From: Betaproteobacteria bacterium
GTDB taxonomy: Bacteria; Pseudomonadota; Gammaproteobacteria; Burkholderiales; Casimicrobiaceae
DNA: 42,833 bases
Direction: 5' to 3'
Assembly: GCA_039933655.1 (NCBI GenBank)
Contig: JBDTNR010000001.1
Span: 1-42,833, forward strand
Position numbers and translations under genes: made by a program. The notes under the pieces were generated by a model, which was given only the letters and a program-made list of their open reading frames with translations, was not told the origin of the DNA and did no database searches. Every line of letters begins with the position of its first letter. The first letter of the stretch is position 1. Positions 28,851 to 40,346 of this stretch are shown one piece after another.

Positions 28851-29158
28851 GTGGGTGGGCGGTCCTCGCGAGGGGGTCGAAGTGTGGATCAGGGACCGGT
28901 GGCAGCACGATCGGCGCTCGACAGTCTAGAACATCGGGTGATGCGTTTCACGACGTTCCTGCCATGCCCCCTCCGGCAGCCGGATCCGCGTCCTGCCTGA
29001 TGACCGGCGCCAGCATGAGCATGGCCCGACTCTCCAGGTCCTTGGTGCTGTTGGCCGGCGTTGCCGGGGGTCATATCGAGCTGGCGGGTGGCAAGATGGT
29101 CGCACCTATCGCCAGTCAGATTCCCGCACGTCCACACTGTTACGGCCACGGCTATGGC

Positions 29159-29195
29159 ATAGTTAAAATCTATCTATGTGATCAGATCATACAAT
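29159..29195 (+). promoter_or_regulatory. OxyR binding site
   Basis: ATAG-N7-CTAT-N7-ATCA-N7-CAAT matches the OxyR four-tetramer consensus; directly upstream of a peroxiredoxin. Confidence 0.8.
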
Positions 29196-29260
29196 TAGAT
29201 TAATCACGATCGCGCGGGCATGATCTGCTTGTCGATTCATTCCGATCCAGGAGGTAAGCC

Positions 29261-30010
29261 ATGTCCCAGTCCCCGTTTCCGATCAAGGAAGGCCAGAGCG
29301 TCCCGCAGGTCAGCTTCCGCATTCGCCGCCATGGCGAGTGGGCGACCGTGACCACCGACGACCTCTTCGCCAACAAGAACGTCGTCGTGTTCTCGCTGCC
29401 CGGGGCGTTCACGCCCACCTGCTCGTCCACCCACCTGCCGCGCTTCAACGAGCTGGCACCCGCGTTCAAGGCGCAGGGGATCGATTCGATCATCTGCATC
29501 TCGGTGAACGATCCGTTCGTAATGGAGGAGTGGGGCAAGGACCAGGAAGCCGAGAACGTGTTCCTGCTGGCCGACGGCAACGGCGAGTTCACCGAAAAAA
29601 TGGGTCTCCTGGTGGACAAGTCCGACCTGAATTTCGGCAAGCGTTCGTGGCGCTACTCGATGCTCGTGCGCAACAGGAAGATCGAGAAGCAGTTCCTCGA
29701 GCCGCAGGAACCGGGCGACCCGTTCAAGGTATCCGACGCCGACACGATGTTGGGTTACATCAACCCGAGGGCGAAGAAGCCCGACCAGGTGGCCGTCCTG
29801 ACCCGTGACGGCTGCGTGTTCTGCGCCAAGGCGAAGAAGCAGCTGTCCGATGCCGGCTTCGACTATGTGGAGATTTCGCTCCCGCATACCATCCGGTCAC
29901 GCGCCGTGGGCGCGATCGCCGGGTCCGGCACGGTGCCGCAGGTGTTCATCAACGGCAACCTGATCGGCGGTGCGGAAGCGCTCGAAAAATTCCTGGAGAA
30001 GGCGGCATAG
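29261..30010 (+). CDS. Hybrid peroxiredoxin 5-glutaredoxin (PgdX-like glutathione-dependent peroxidase)
   Basis: LPGAFTPTCS, SVNDPFVM, FGKRSWRYSM; C-terminal CVFC and TVPQVFING Grx domain; AGGAGG RBS. Confidence 0.93.
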   Translation: MSQSPFPIKEGQSVPQVSFRIRRHGEWATVTTDDLFANKNVVVFSLPGAFTPTCSSTHLPRFNELAPAFKAQGIDSIICISVNDPFVMEEWGKDQEAENVFLLADGNGEFTEKMGLLVDKSDLNFGKRSWRYSMLVRNRKIEKQFLEPQEPGDPFKVSDADTMLGYINPRAKKPDQVAVLTRDGCVFCAKAKKQLSDAGFDYVEISLPHTIRSRAVGAIAGSGTVPQVFINGNLIGGAEALEKFLEKAA

Positions 30011-30079
30011 GCAGGTGCGGCATTTGCAGGACAGATGGGGCTGGAGGTCCGGCCCCATCGTTGCACCGGAAGGATCAAC

Positions 30080-33714
<3,635 letters not shown>

Positions 33715-33743
33715 CGTGGCGGCGCGGACACTCAAGCTGCGAC

Positions 33744-34523
33744 CTACGGACGAAATTGCACGGGCGCGTCGTTCGACTCGACGGCGAGGATTCCCTTGGT
33801 CAGGAATTGCCGCGGCTGCTCCATCGGCCGCTTTTCCAGGACGACCACGCTGTCGTAGAAATGGAGTCCATGCGTCGATCGGGTGAAGGCGTCGACCGCC
33901 AACGCCGCGGGATCTTTCGAATGCCAGGCATGGAGGCGATCCACCAGGGTCTTTGTGTACTCGATGAACGTGCCGCTCCTGCCAATGCCGCCGCCCCAAC
34001 CCGGCCATAGTGACGTGTGGGTGTCTTCGCAGACGTAGACGCCGTTCGCGTCGACGTGCGGATACAGTTCCTCGAACGTGGCGATTTGCTGGTGCATCTG
34101 GTGGCCGCCGTCGTCGATCAGGATGTCGATGTGCGGCACGCTCTGGCGCACGGTGGCCAGGAAGTTCCGGTCACCCTGGTCTCCGATCAGGATCGACGTC
34201 CTGTCGTCGGCGAACTGCCGGCACGCCGGATCGACGTCGATGCCGACCACCCGCGCGCCGCGTCCGAAATAGTAGTGCCACATCGGCAGCGACCCGCCCG
34301 CCGCGACGCCGATCTCGACAATGACCGGCGACTTGCCCCGATAGCGCTGAAGGTGCCGGTGATAGATCTCGAAATAGTGACCCCACTTGCACGCCGCCCG
34401 GCTGGGATTGTTGTAGAAATATTCCTCCAGCGGGTTCAAGTCCGTGGGCGACTCGGGGCCGCCGGGGCCGGCCTTCCGCTTCCACGCGGCGCCCACGATG
34501 TCGCGAATGACCTGGCCTAGCAT
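33744..34523 (-). CDS. Class I SAM-dependent methyltransferase (MycE-like motif set)
   Basis: KWGHYFEIYHRH, VEIGVAAGGSL, GIDVD, GDQ.D, IDDGGH, YVCED. Confidence 0.85.
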   Translation of the reverse strand: MLGQVIRDIVGAAWKRKAGPGGPESPTDLNPLEEYFYNNPSRAACKWGHYFEIYHRHLQRYRGKSPVIVEIGVAAGGSLPMWHYYFGRGARVVGIDVDPACRQFADDRTSILIGDQGDRNFLATVRQSVPHIDILIDDGGHQMHQQIATFEELYPHVDANGVYVCEDTHTSLWPGWGGGIGRSGTFIEYTKTLVDRLHAWHSKDPAALAVDAFTRSTHGLHFYDSVVVLEKRPMEQPRQFLTKGILAVESNDAPVQFRP

Positions 34524-34702
34524 GAGCGGGGGGCGGCGTCCGTCACCGGACAACGCATGGCGGCTGGAGCATCGCGAGCTGGCATCGCAGCACTTTAGCA
34601 TTTCCCCGCGCGACCGTTGGTCGCCGTTCCTTTGCCAAAATCGGCGGGCAGCGATACATTGCGCGGTCAAGAAGTGAGGACGCGATCCCGAAGGGAGGAT
34701 GG

Positions 34703-35443
34703 ATGTGTACGCAATGCGATGACGAAGGTAAACCGCGGGCGATCTCGCGCCGCGACTTTCTCCGAACCGGTGGTGTAGCGGCGTTGTCGCCGTGGTTCGC
34801 CGGCAGCGCGCTCGCCGCCGACGCGCCGCCGCCGGGTGCCCCGCCGCCGCCGAACGCGATCGCTCCCGCGGAGGCGCTGAAGCGCCTGCTGGAAGGCAAT
34901 GCGCGCTACGCGGCGAACACCCTGAACCAGCGCGATTTTTCGTCGGGCCGCAGCGCGCGCGCGCAAGGGCAGCATCCGATCGCGGCCATCCTCTGCTGCG
35001 CGGATTCGCGGGTGGCGCCGGAACTCACGTTCGACCAGGCGCCGGGCGAGCTGTTCGTCGTGCGCGTGGCCGGCAACGTGGTGTCGCCGGACCTCCTTGC
35101 GTCGCTGGAGTACGGCGTGCAGTTTCTCGGTGCTCCGCTGATCATGGTCGTCGGCCATTCGGGGTGCGGCGCCGTGGACGCGGCGATCAAGGTATTGAAG
35201 ACGAAGGCGGTGCTGCCCGGCCACCTGCCGGACCTGATCGCCGCGATCAAGCCCGCCGTCATCGTGGCGGAACGAACGCAGTCGGGGAACCTGCTCGACA
35301 ACGCGATCGCCGAGAACGTCCGGCGGCAGACCGCGCGGCTCAAGGCATCGCCGCCGGTCGTGCAGAAGTTCTACACCGGGAAAAAGATCGACATCGTCGG
35401 TGGCGTGTACGACATCGCCAGCGGCAAGGTCACACTGGTCTAG
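34703..35443 (+). CDS. Beta-class carbonic anhydrase with Tat signal peptide
   Basis: SRRDFL Tat motif; CADSRVAPE, RVAGN, GHSGCGAV zinc ligands. Confidence 0.93.
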   Translation: MCTQCDDEGKPRAISRRDFLRTGGVAALSPWFAGSALAADAPPPGAPPPPNAIAPAEALKRLLEGNARYAANTLNQRDFSSGRSARAQGQHPIAAILCCADSRVAPELTFDQAPGELFVVRVAGNVVSPDLLASLEYGVQFLGAPLIMVVGHSGCGAVDAAIKVLKTKAVLPGHLPDLIAAIKPAVIVAERTQSGNLLDNAIAENVRRQTARLKASPPVVQKFYTGKKIDIVGGVYDIASGKVTLV

Positions 35444-35461
35444 CGCCTGCCGGCCGGCCGG

Positions 35462-37561
35462 TCAGTTGCCGGCCGCGGGTGCTGCGTCCGACATGCGCCG
35501 CGCGACCGCCTCGGGCAGTCGCGACCTGACCGCCGTGCGGATTGCGTCGCGTATGCGCACGGCCATCGCCGCCGATGGCGGGGCCGCCGGCGCCGTGCCG
35601 GTCGCCACTGCACGGGCCGCCGCCCCCGTCGGCGTGGTCACCCGCGACAGCGCGAGCAAGACGTCGGTGCGGTTGTCCGCGGCAGCGGTCGTCTGCGGGA
35701 AGAACGGCAGGAACGTCGTGCCGACCTGCGCCATGCCCACGTAGTCGCCGATGAAGTAGCGGCCGCCGGCCAGTGGCGCCTTCGTGTAGTCGAACGTCTC
35801 GCCGATGCGGCGCTCGGTCCACGCGACGCCGTCGCTGGACGTCGCGAGCCATGTGTCGGTCGGCAGCGTGGCGGGATCGGCCGTGTTGCTGCGCAGGTCG
35901 TAGTAGTTGACGCCGATCATGCCGTCGGCGCGAATGGTCACCGACGGGATCAGCGCGGGCGCCGAGACGTCGCCGTTGATGCGCAGCGGCGCCGTCCACG
36001 TGAGGCCGCCGTCGAGCGAGCGCGTGAACGCGATCTTGTCGTGCGCGCCGCCGGGAAAGCGCGAGTCCTGCCACACCACCGCGAGCGACCCGTCCTGGCC
36101 CGCGGCGATGGCGCCGATCGCCGAGCCATCGCGAATGCCGATTCCCGTTTCCGGGTCGAACGTCCCCGCCGTCTGCAGGTCGGACACTGTGACCGGGGGC
36201 GACCACGTCACGCCCCGGTCGGCCGAGCGGATGATCCGCAACCGCGCGTCCTGCGGGCCGACGTTGGCGAGTTCCGTGAAGAAATTGATCAAGGTGCCGT
36301 CGGGCAGCACGACGATCTGGTTGTTGAGCGTCTGGCTGTTCGCGCCGGGATCGTAGATGTTGCGTGCGGGTTCCCACGTGGCGCCGCCGTCGGTGGTCCG
36401 GGCGAGCCACGTCGGCCCGTTGTTGCCGGTCAGCCGGTCCCACACCACGTAGACATAGCGTGAATCGGTCGGATCGGCGGTGAGCGCTTCCTTGTCGTTG
36501 AAGTTCTGCGCGCCGTCGCCGCGCACGGTGATCGGGCTGCTCCACGTACGGCCGCCGTCGGTGGAACGGCTGACGAGGATGGCGTTGTTGCCGTTGGTCA
36601 CATTGTTGAAAGCGAGCGCCGCCTGGTGCGCGGTGCCGTCCGGCGAAAAGCTCACCCACGGATCGGAACTGCGCTCGAAGTCGGCGCCGTTGGCGGCATT
36701 GCCGCCGGAGCAGCGCGAGAATGCCGCGGAGGTGCGCGTCCACGTGCCGCCGCCATCCAGCGAATACGCGGCGCCGAGCCCGCGGGCGCCGCCGTTGGAC
36801 CAGCGGTCCTGTTGCCAGACGCCGATGAAGTTGTCGGGATTGGCCGGATTGACGGCGATGAACGGCTCCACTTCCGAGTTGATGTAGACGGTGCCGGTCG
36901 CCGGTACGCCGTCGCAGCCGGGCGCGTACGGCGACAGCGCGCTCGCCTGCGTGAGCGCGTCGAGCAGCAGGGCGTTGGTCGTGCACAGGCTGGACGTCAC
37001 CGGGCCGTAGCCCTCGGCCACGTATCCCTTCGCGACCATCGCTGCCTTGATGCCCGCATCGGTCGTGTAGCGATGATTGGAGTCCGCGCGCTGGTTCCAC
37101 AGGCGTGACACCGGTACGGTGCCGAACCGGCACGAGCCGGTCGTCGTGTTGGGCAACGCGGCGTAGAACGCGTTCGGCGACTCGAGGATGTACCCGCTGT
37201 AGTTTGGATCGGTACCGATCTTCGCGAGGATCGCCGAGCACTCGGCAGGCGAGGCGGAGAAGAAATGTGAATCGCCATGCTGTGGCGGAATGTAGAAGCG
37301 GCACACCGGATTGGCGCCGCCGGACCCGTCCGCCGCCACGGCGAAGCCACGCCCGGTGCGCGTCCAGCCCACGGTGCGTCCCGAGTCGAGGTCGTCGATC
37401 TCGTTCGGGAGCGACGTGATGAAGTAGTGATCGAACGCCGCGTTGTAGAACTCCACGGCGGTCGACGGCGGCGGCGGCGGGAAGACGGCGGCCACGGCGA
37501 AGGTGGACGCGGCGCCGAATGCAGCGGCGAGCGTAACGACGACGGTGCGGATGGATGGCAT
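35462..37561 (-). CDS. Secreted BNR/Asp-box (sialidase-like beta-propeller) protein with N-terminal triple His-repeat (DUF5648-like) domain
   Basis: Signal peptide; DHYFIT / SHFFSA / NHRYTT repeats; Asp-boxes SLDGGGTW, STDGGRTW, TTDGGATW, SADRGVTW, SLDGGLTW, SSDGVAW. Confidence 0.85.
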   Translation of the reverse strand: MPSIRTVVVTLAAAFGAASTFAVAAVFPPPPPSTAVEFYNAAFDHYFITSLPNEIDDLDSGRTVGWTRTGRGFAVAADGSGGANPVCRFYIPPQHGDSHFFSASPAECSAILAKIGTDPNYSGYILESPNAFYAALPNTTTGSCRFGTVPVSRLWNQRADSNHRYTTDAGIKAAMVAKGYVAEGYGPVTSSLCTTNALLLDALTQASALSPYAPGCDGVPATGTVYINSEVEPFIAVNPANPDNFIGVWQQDRWSNGGARGLGAAYSLDGGGTWTRTSAAFSRCSGGNAANGADFERSSDPWVSFSPDGTAHQAALAFNNVTNGNNAILVSRSTDGGRTWSSPITVRGDGAQNFNDKEALTADPTDSRYVYVVWDRLTGNNGPTWLARTTDGGATWEPARNIYDPGANSQTLNNQIVVLPDGTLINFFTELANVGPQDARLRIIRSADRGVTWSPPVTVSDLQTAGTFDPETGIGIRDGSAIGAIAAGQDGSLAVVWQDSRFPGGAHDKIAFTRSLDGGLTWTAPLRINGDVSAPALIPSVTIRADGMIGVNYYDLRSNTADPATLPTDTWLATSSDGVAWTERRIGETFDYTKAPLAGGRYFIGDYVGMAQVGTTFLPFFPQTTAAADNRTDVLLALSRVTTPTGAAARAVATGTAPAAPPSAAMAVRIRDAIRTAVRSRLPEAVARRMSDAAPAAGN

Positions 37562-37641
37562 GCGGCGAGCTCCTGGGGTGCCGGAGCAGTGTAGCAGCGG
37601 CCGCGACGGCCTCTGCCTAGCACGCGGGTGCGCCGCGGCGG

Positions 37642-38079
37642 CTAGTCCGACTGCCGCATCACGTCGATCGTGAGCTTCACGAGCTTGGCCAGCGACTCGG
37701 AGTCGGGGAGCGTGTCCTCGGTGACGCCGATCGCGCGGAGGTAGGTCGCGCCGGCGCGCAGCGCGCGGGCGCGCGTGTCGAGGGGAACCCCGGCGTAGCG
37801 GGCGCCGTAGGCGACGCGCAATGCGTCGGTCAGCGCGAGTGCCAACTTCTCGGCGAGCAGCGATCCTTCCGGCTCCTCCATCCGCATCGCGCCGCGGCCG
37901 GTGAGCAGCCAGTGCAGGTTGATGTTGCGTACTTCGGCCAGGCGCTGCAGGTAATCCTGCGTGGCCGAGTTGCGGCGCTCGGCGTTGGATACCGTGTTCT
38001 CGTGGATGCCGAGCGCGGCGGCGAACGCCTTCTGGCTCTCGGCGCCGCGGACGAGGCGCAGGCGTTCGCCGAGCGTCAC
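37642..38079 (-). CDS. XRE-family HTH transcriptional regulator (phage-repressor-like N-terminus, no S24 peptidase)
   Basis: LGERLRLVR..SQKAFAAALGIHENTVSNAER...INLHWLLTGRG; GTG start with GGAG upstream. Confidence 0.85.
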   Translation of the reverse strand: MTLGERLRLVRGAESQKAFAAALGIHENTVSNAERRNSATQDYLQRLAEVRNINLHWLLTGRGAMRMEEPEGSLLAEKLALALTDALRVAYGARYAGVPLDTRARALRAGATYLRAIGVTEDTLPDSESLAKLVKLTIDVMRQSD

Positions 38080-38250
38080 GCGGACTCCGGACGCGGCGCG
38101 GACGTGGTCATGGGAACGTCAGATCTTGTGTGTTGCATTTTTGTCACGCGACCGGCGGGGCAGGCGAACATTCCGCTTGCCTGCGCGCGTCCGCCGATAT
38201 TATCATCGGGTCATTCGTTCTCTCACGGACAGCAACGCCGTTCCATATCC

Positions 38251-38388
38251 ATGTTGAACCTCAAACGTACATTCGAAGGCATTGCCCGGGCGCCCCGCGC
38301 GCAGGGCATCGCCATTGGACGCGTCAATGCGGGCATGCGTGGGTATGGTCATTCGCCGGTCAATTTCGGCGTACTGAAGACGTTGTAG
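38251..38388 (+). CDS. Putative 45-aa leader-like peptide 1
   Basis: MLNLKRTFEGIARAPRAQGIAIGRVNAGMRGYGHSPVNFGVLKTL*; follows a TTGCCT..TATTAT/TATCAT promoter-like region; shares AG[MV]RxY with peptide 2; no strong RBS. Confidence 0.4.
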   Translation: MLNLKRTFEGIARAPRAQGIAIGRVNAGMRGYGHSPVNFGVLKTL

Positions 38389-38551
38389 CTCCCCCGACCG
38401 GAAGACATTCCGCCGGGAGGACAGGCGGAACAGTCGGAAGGTCAAGCAATTTCCCCTCCTGATTGTCACCGCCAGCCGTAGAGGACTGGCTGTTCGCGTT
38501 GGCACGCGCAATTCCTGCGCGCGCCTGCGGAAGAAAGGAGTGCTTGAAACC

Positions 38552-38749
38552 ATGACTGACATTCGTCACATGACCACCAGCGCCTGGCGGCTGCGCGCCG
38601 GCATGCCCGCGTTTCCGGGCCTGTCGGGTGCGCGCTGCGGCGGCAATAACGTCCCCGCGATTGGCGCGGGCGTGCGGCCGTACCGCGGCGCCGGCAACGG
38701 CATGCAGGAAAACGGCAGCCGGGTTTCCGCCCCGAGGAGCGCGATGTAG
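38552..38749 (+). CDS. Putative 65-aa leader-like peptide 2
   Basis: AAAGGAG RBS; MTDIRHMTTSAWRLRAGMPAF...AIGAGVRPYRG...; TAG stop followed by hairpins. Confidence 0.5.
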   Translation: MTDIRHMTTSAWRLRAGMPAFPGLSGARCGGNNVPAIGAGVRPYRGAGNGMQENGSRVSAPRSAM

Positions 38750-38846
38750 CTTGCCGCATTCCTCCGCAGGAGGCCCGGATGCCCTGTCAGGCTCCGGGCG
38801 CTTGTAGCCTGGTGCCACACTAAATGACGATAATGAGGCACACAAA

Positions 38847-39047
38847 ATGGCTAGGCTCTTGGAAGAACTGGAGCGACCCTACGGACGGGACCACTACGAG
38901 CTCATCAAGGCGGGTCGGGATGGCATTTACAGGCGGGCGGCGGATGGCTTGATCGTCCGCATCGCAGCAGCGGAAGGCGCCCGCGAGGCCGAAAGCATGG
39001 CGCGCGCGTTGCTCGATCTCGCGTGCCGCTATGCATCAGGGCAGTAA
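38847..39047 (+). CDS. Hypothetical 66-aa protein
   Basis: GAGG RBS in an AT-rich context; plausible helical sequence; no family recognised. Confidence 0.5.
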   Translation: MARLLEELERPYGRDHYELIKAGRDGIYRRAADGLIVRIAAAEGAREAESMARALLDLACRYASGQ

Positions 39048-39360
39048 GTCCGGTGGCGACACCGGGCCGCAGGACCGGCGTGCCATGTGGCCGTCGTAAC
39101 GGAAACGTGAAACGGATGCCGGATGGGCAATGCAATGTGCCCGTCCTCATCTGCCGCCGCGGTTGGCGGGGAGGTGCCCATCATGTTCACAACCTTTACC
39201 CGGTGGTGACACCGGGAAGCAGTACCGGCGATTTCGAAGGCTGTGCGCGGCCTTCCCAACCGACGATCGGGATCGCCGCCTCGTCTGCCCGCCCCTCGGG
39301 CGGATGAGGTCACAAGTCGCGGCCACCCGGCGGGGCAACCCGCCGGGCCGTGGCGAAAGC
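39048..39360 (+). ncRNA. Candidate structured ncRNA: two tandem ~125-150 nt units plus the start of a third
   Basis: 31-nt direct repeat (27/31 identical) at 39050 and 39200; GNRA tetraloop hairpins (GCGA, GAAA, GTGA, GCAA) on the + strand only; repeated CCTCRTCTGCC/GGCGG..GAGG stems and TCACAA linkers. Confidence 0.6.
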
Positions 39361-39362
39361 GT

Positions 39363-39476
39363 CTAAGGGGTCAGAGCGTTAATTATCGCGCTTAGGGGTC
39401 AGAGCGTTAATTATCGGCGAGCCGATAATTAACGCTCTGACCCCTAAGCGCGATAATTAACGCTCTGACCCCTAAG
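39363..39476. repeat. Nested REP-like palindrome: four 28-bp units (two forward, two reverse), 56-bp arms
   Basis: Units 39363-39390 and 39391-39418, GA spacer, then 39421-39448 and 39449-39476; one mismatch over the whole palindrome. Confidence 0.95.
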
Positions 39477-39510
39477 CGAGACAAATCGCCCCGCATTGAT
39501 GCATACTTTG

Positions 39511-39525
39511 TGGCACGTTCATTGC
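39511..39525 (+). promoter_or_regulatory. Sigma54 (-24/-12) promoter
   Basis: TGGCACG-TTCA-TTGC is an exact TGGCACG-N4-TTGC consensus, 40 bp before the HNH start codon. Confidence 0.75.
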
Positions 39526-39565
39526 CTGCGAAGGTGCGCGCCGGACCTCCGGTACTTCCAGTCTC

Positions 39566-40168
39566 ATGGAACCGCTCGTACTCACAGTCGACATGGCCGG
39601 CCTCCCTCAGGCGTGGGTGGCGCTCGAGGAAGCCGTGACGTATCACGCCAAGCAGATGGTCGCGTGGTCGATCGGCCGCGAGGTCCGTGAGTTCCGCGGC
39701 GGCTGGCAGAAGAACGGCGAACGCTCGCGCATCATCACCAAGTCGATCCTCGCGATCAAGGGTACCGGCGCCGGTTCGCACCTGCATGCGCCCGGGCTCA
39801 CCAATTCGATGCTGTTCGCGCGCGACCGCCAGTTGTGCGGCTATTGCGGCAAGCGCTTTCTCGTCCGCGACCTGTCGCGCGATCACGTGATTCCCGTTTC
39901 GCACGGCGGCCGCGATTCGTGGACCAATACCGTCACCGCCTGCCGTAGCTGCAATACGCGCAAGGGCGGCCGCTCGCCGGAGCAGGCGTACATGCCGCTG
40001 CTCTATGTTCCCTACGTGCCCAACCGGCACGAGCATTTCATCCTGCGCAACCGCCGGATCCTGGCCGATCAGATGGAATACCTGCTGGCCGGCGTGCCGC
40101 GCAGCAGCCGCCTGCACGAGTTGAAGGACGCAGGCGCCGGCAACGCGCAGCGCATCCTTTTCAGCTAA
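39566..40168 (+). CDS. HNH endonuclease (McrA-like, CxxC...CxxC zinc finger)
   Basis: LFARDRQLCGYCG, SRDHVIP.SHGG..W.NTVTACRSCNTRKG. Confidence 0.93.
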   Translation: MEPLVLTVDMAGLPQAWVALEEAVTYHAKQMVAWSIGREVREFRGGWQKNGERSRIITKSILAIKGTGAGSHLHAPGLTNSMLFARDRQLCGYCGKRFLVRDLSRDHVIPVSHGGRDSWTNTVTACRSCNTRKGGRSPEQAYMPLLYVPYVPNRHEHFILRNRRILADQMEYLLAGVPRSSRLHELKDAGAGNAQRILFS

Positions 40169-40346
40169 CCGTGCGGACTCGGCGCACGGTGCGCGCTTCG
40201 ACACGCGATCCGGTGTGCGTCGAGCTCTCGTGATGTACGATTGCAGGCTTGTTGCACTGCGGCGATCCCGCGGCTGCGACACTTCGAGGCGCACCGCAAC
40301 GGTGCGCCTTAAGGGCTGACAGAATACAACTCCAGAGGATGACGCA

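Noticed and set aside
28851-29158. Small ORFs or an oxyR remnant upstream of the peroxiredoxin
   Set aside because: No LysR HTH or other motif recognised in any frame I read
38499-38515. Second sigma54 promoter (TTGGCACGCGCAATTCC)
   Set aside because: The -24 element matches but the -12 position reads TC instead of the invariant GC
38380-38830. tRNA genes suggested by repeated TGTAGC
   Set aside because: No D-loop/T-loop (GTTCGA) consensus or cloverleaf follows any copy
38400-39310. CsrB/RsmZ-type sRNA because of many GGA trinucleotides
   Set aside because: Most GGA motifs are in stems or coding frames rather than in regular ANGGA hairpin loops
39363-39476. CRISPR array (28-bp repeats next to an HNH gene)
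   Set aside because: Units are contiguous with no spacers, half are inverted, the same motif occurs at unrelated sites, and there are no cas genes
39566-40168. IscB/HEARO or Cas9-like effector
   Set aside because: 200 aa only; no PLMP N-terminus, split RuvC or bridge helix recognisable
37642-40168. Prophage remnant (repressor plus HNH)
   Set aside because: No integrase, terminase, structural genes, att sites or cro-like gene seen
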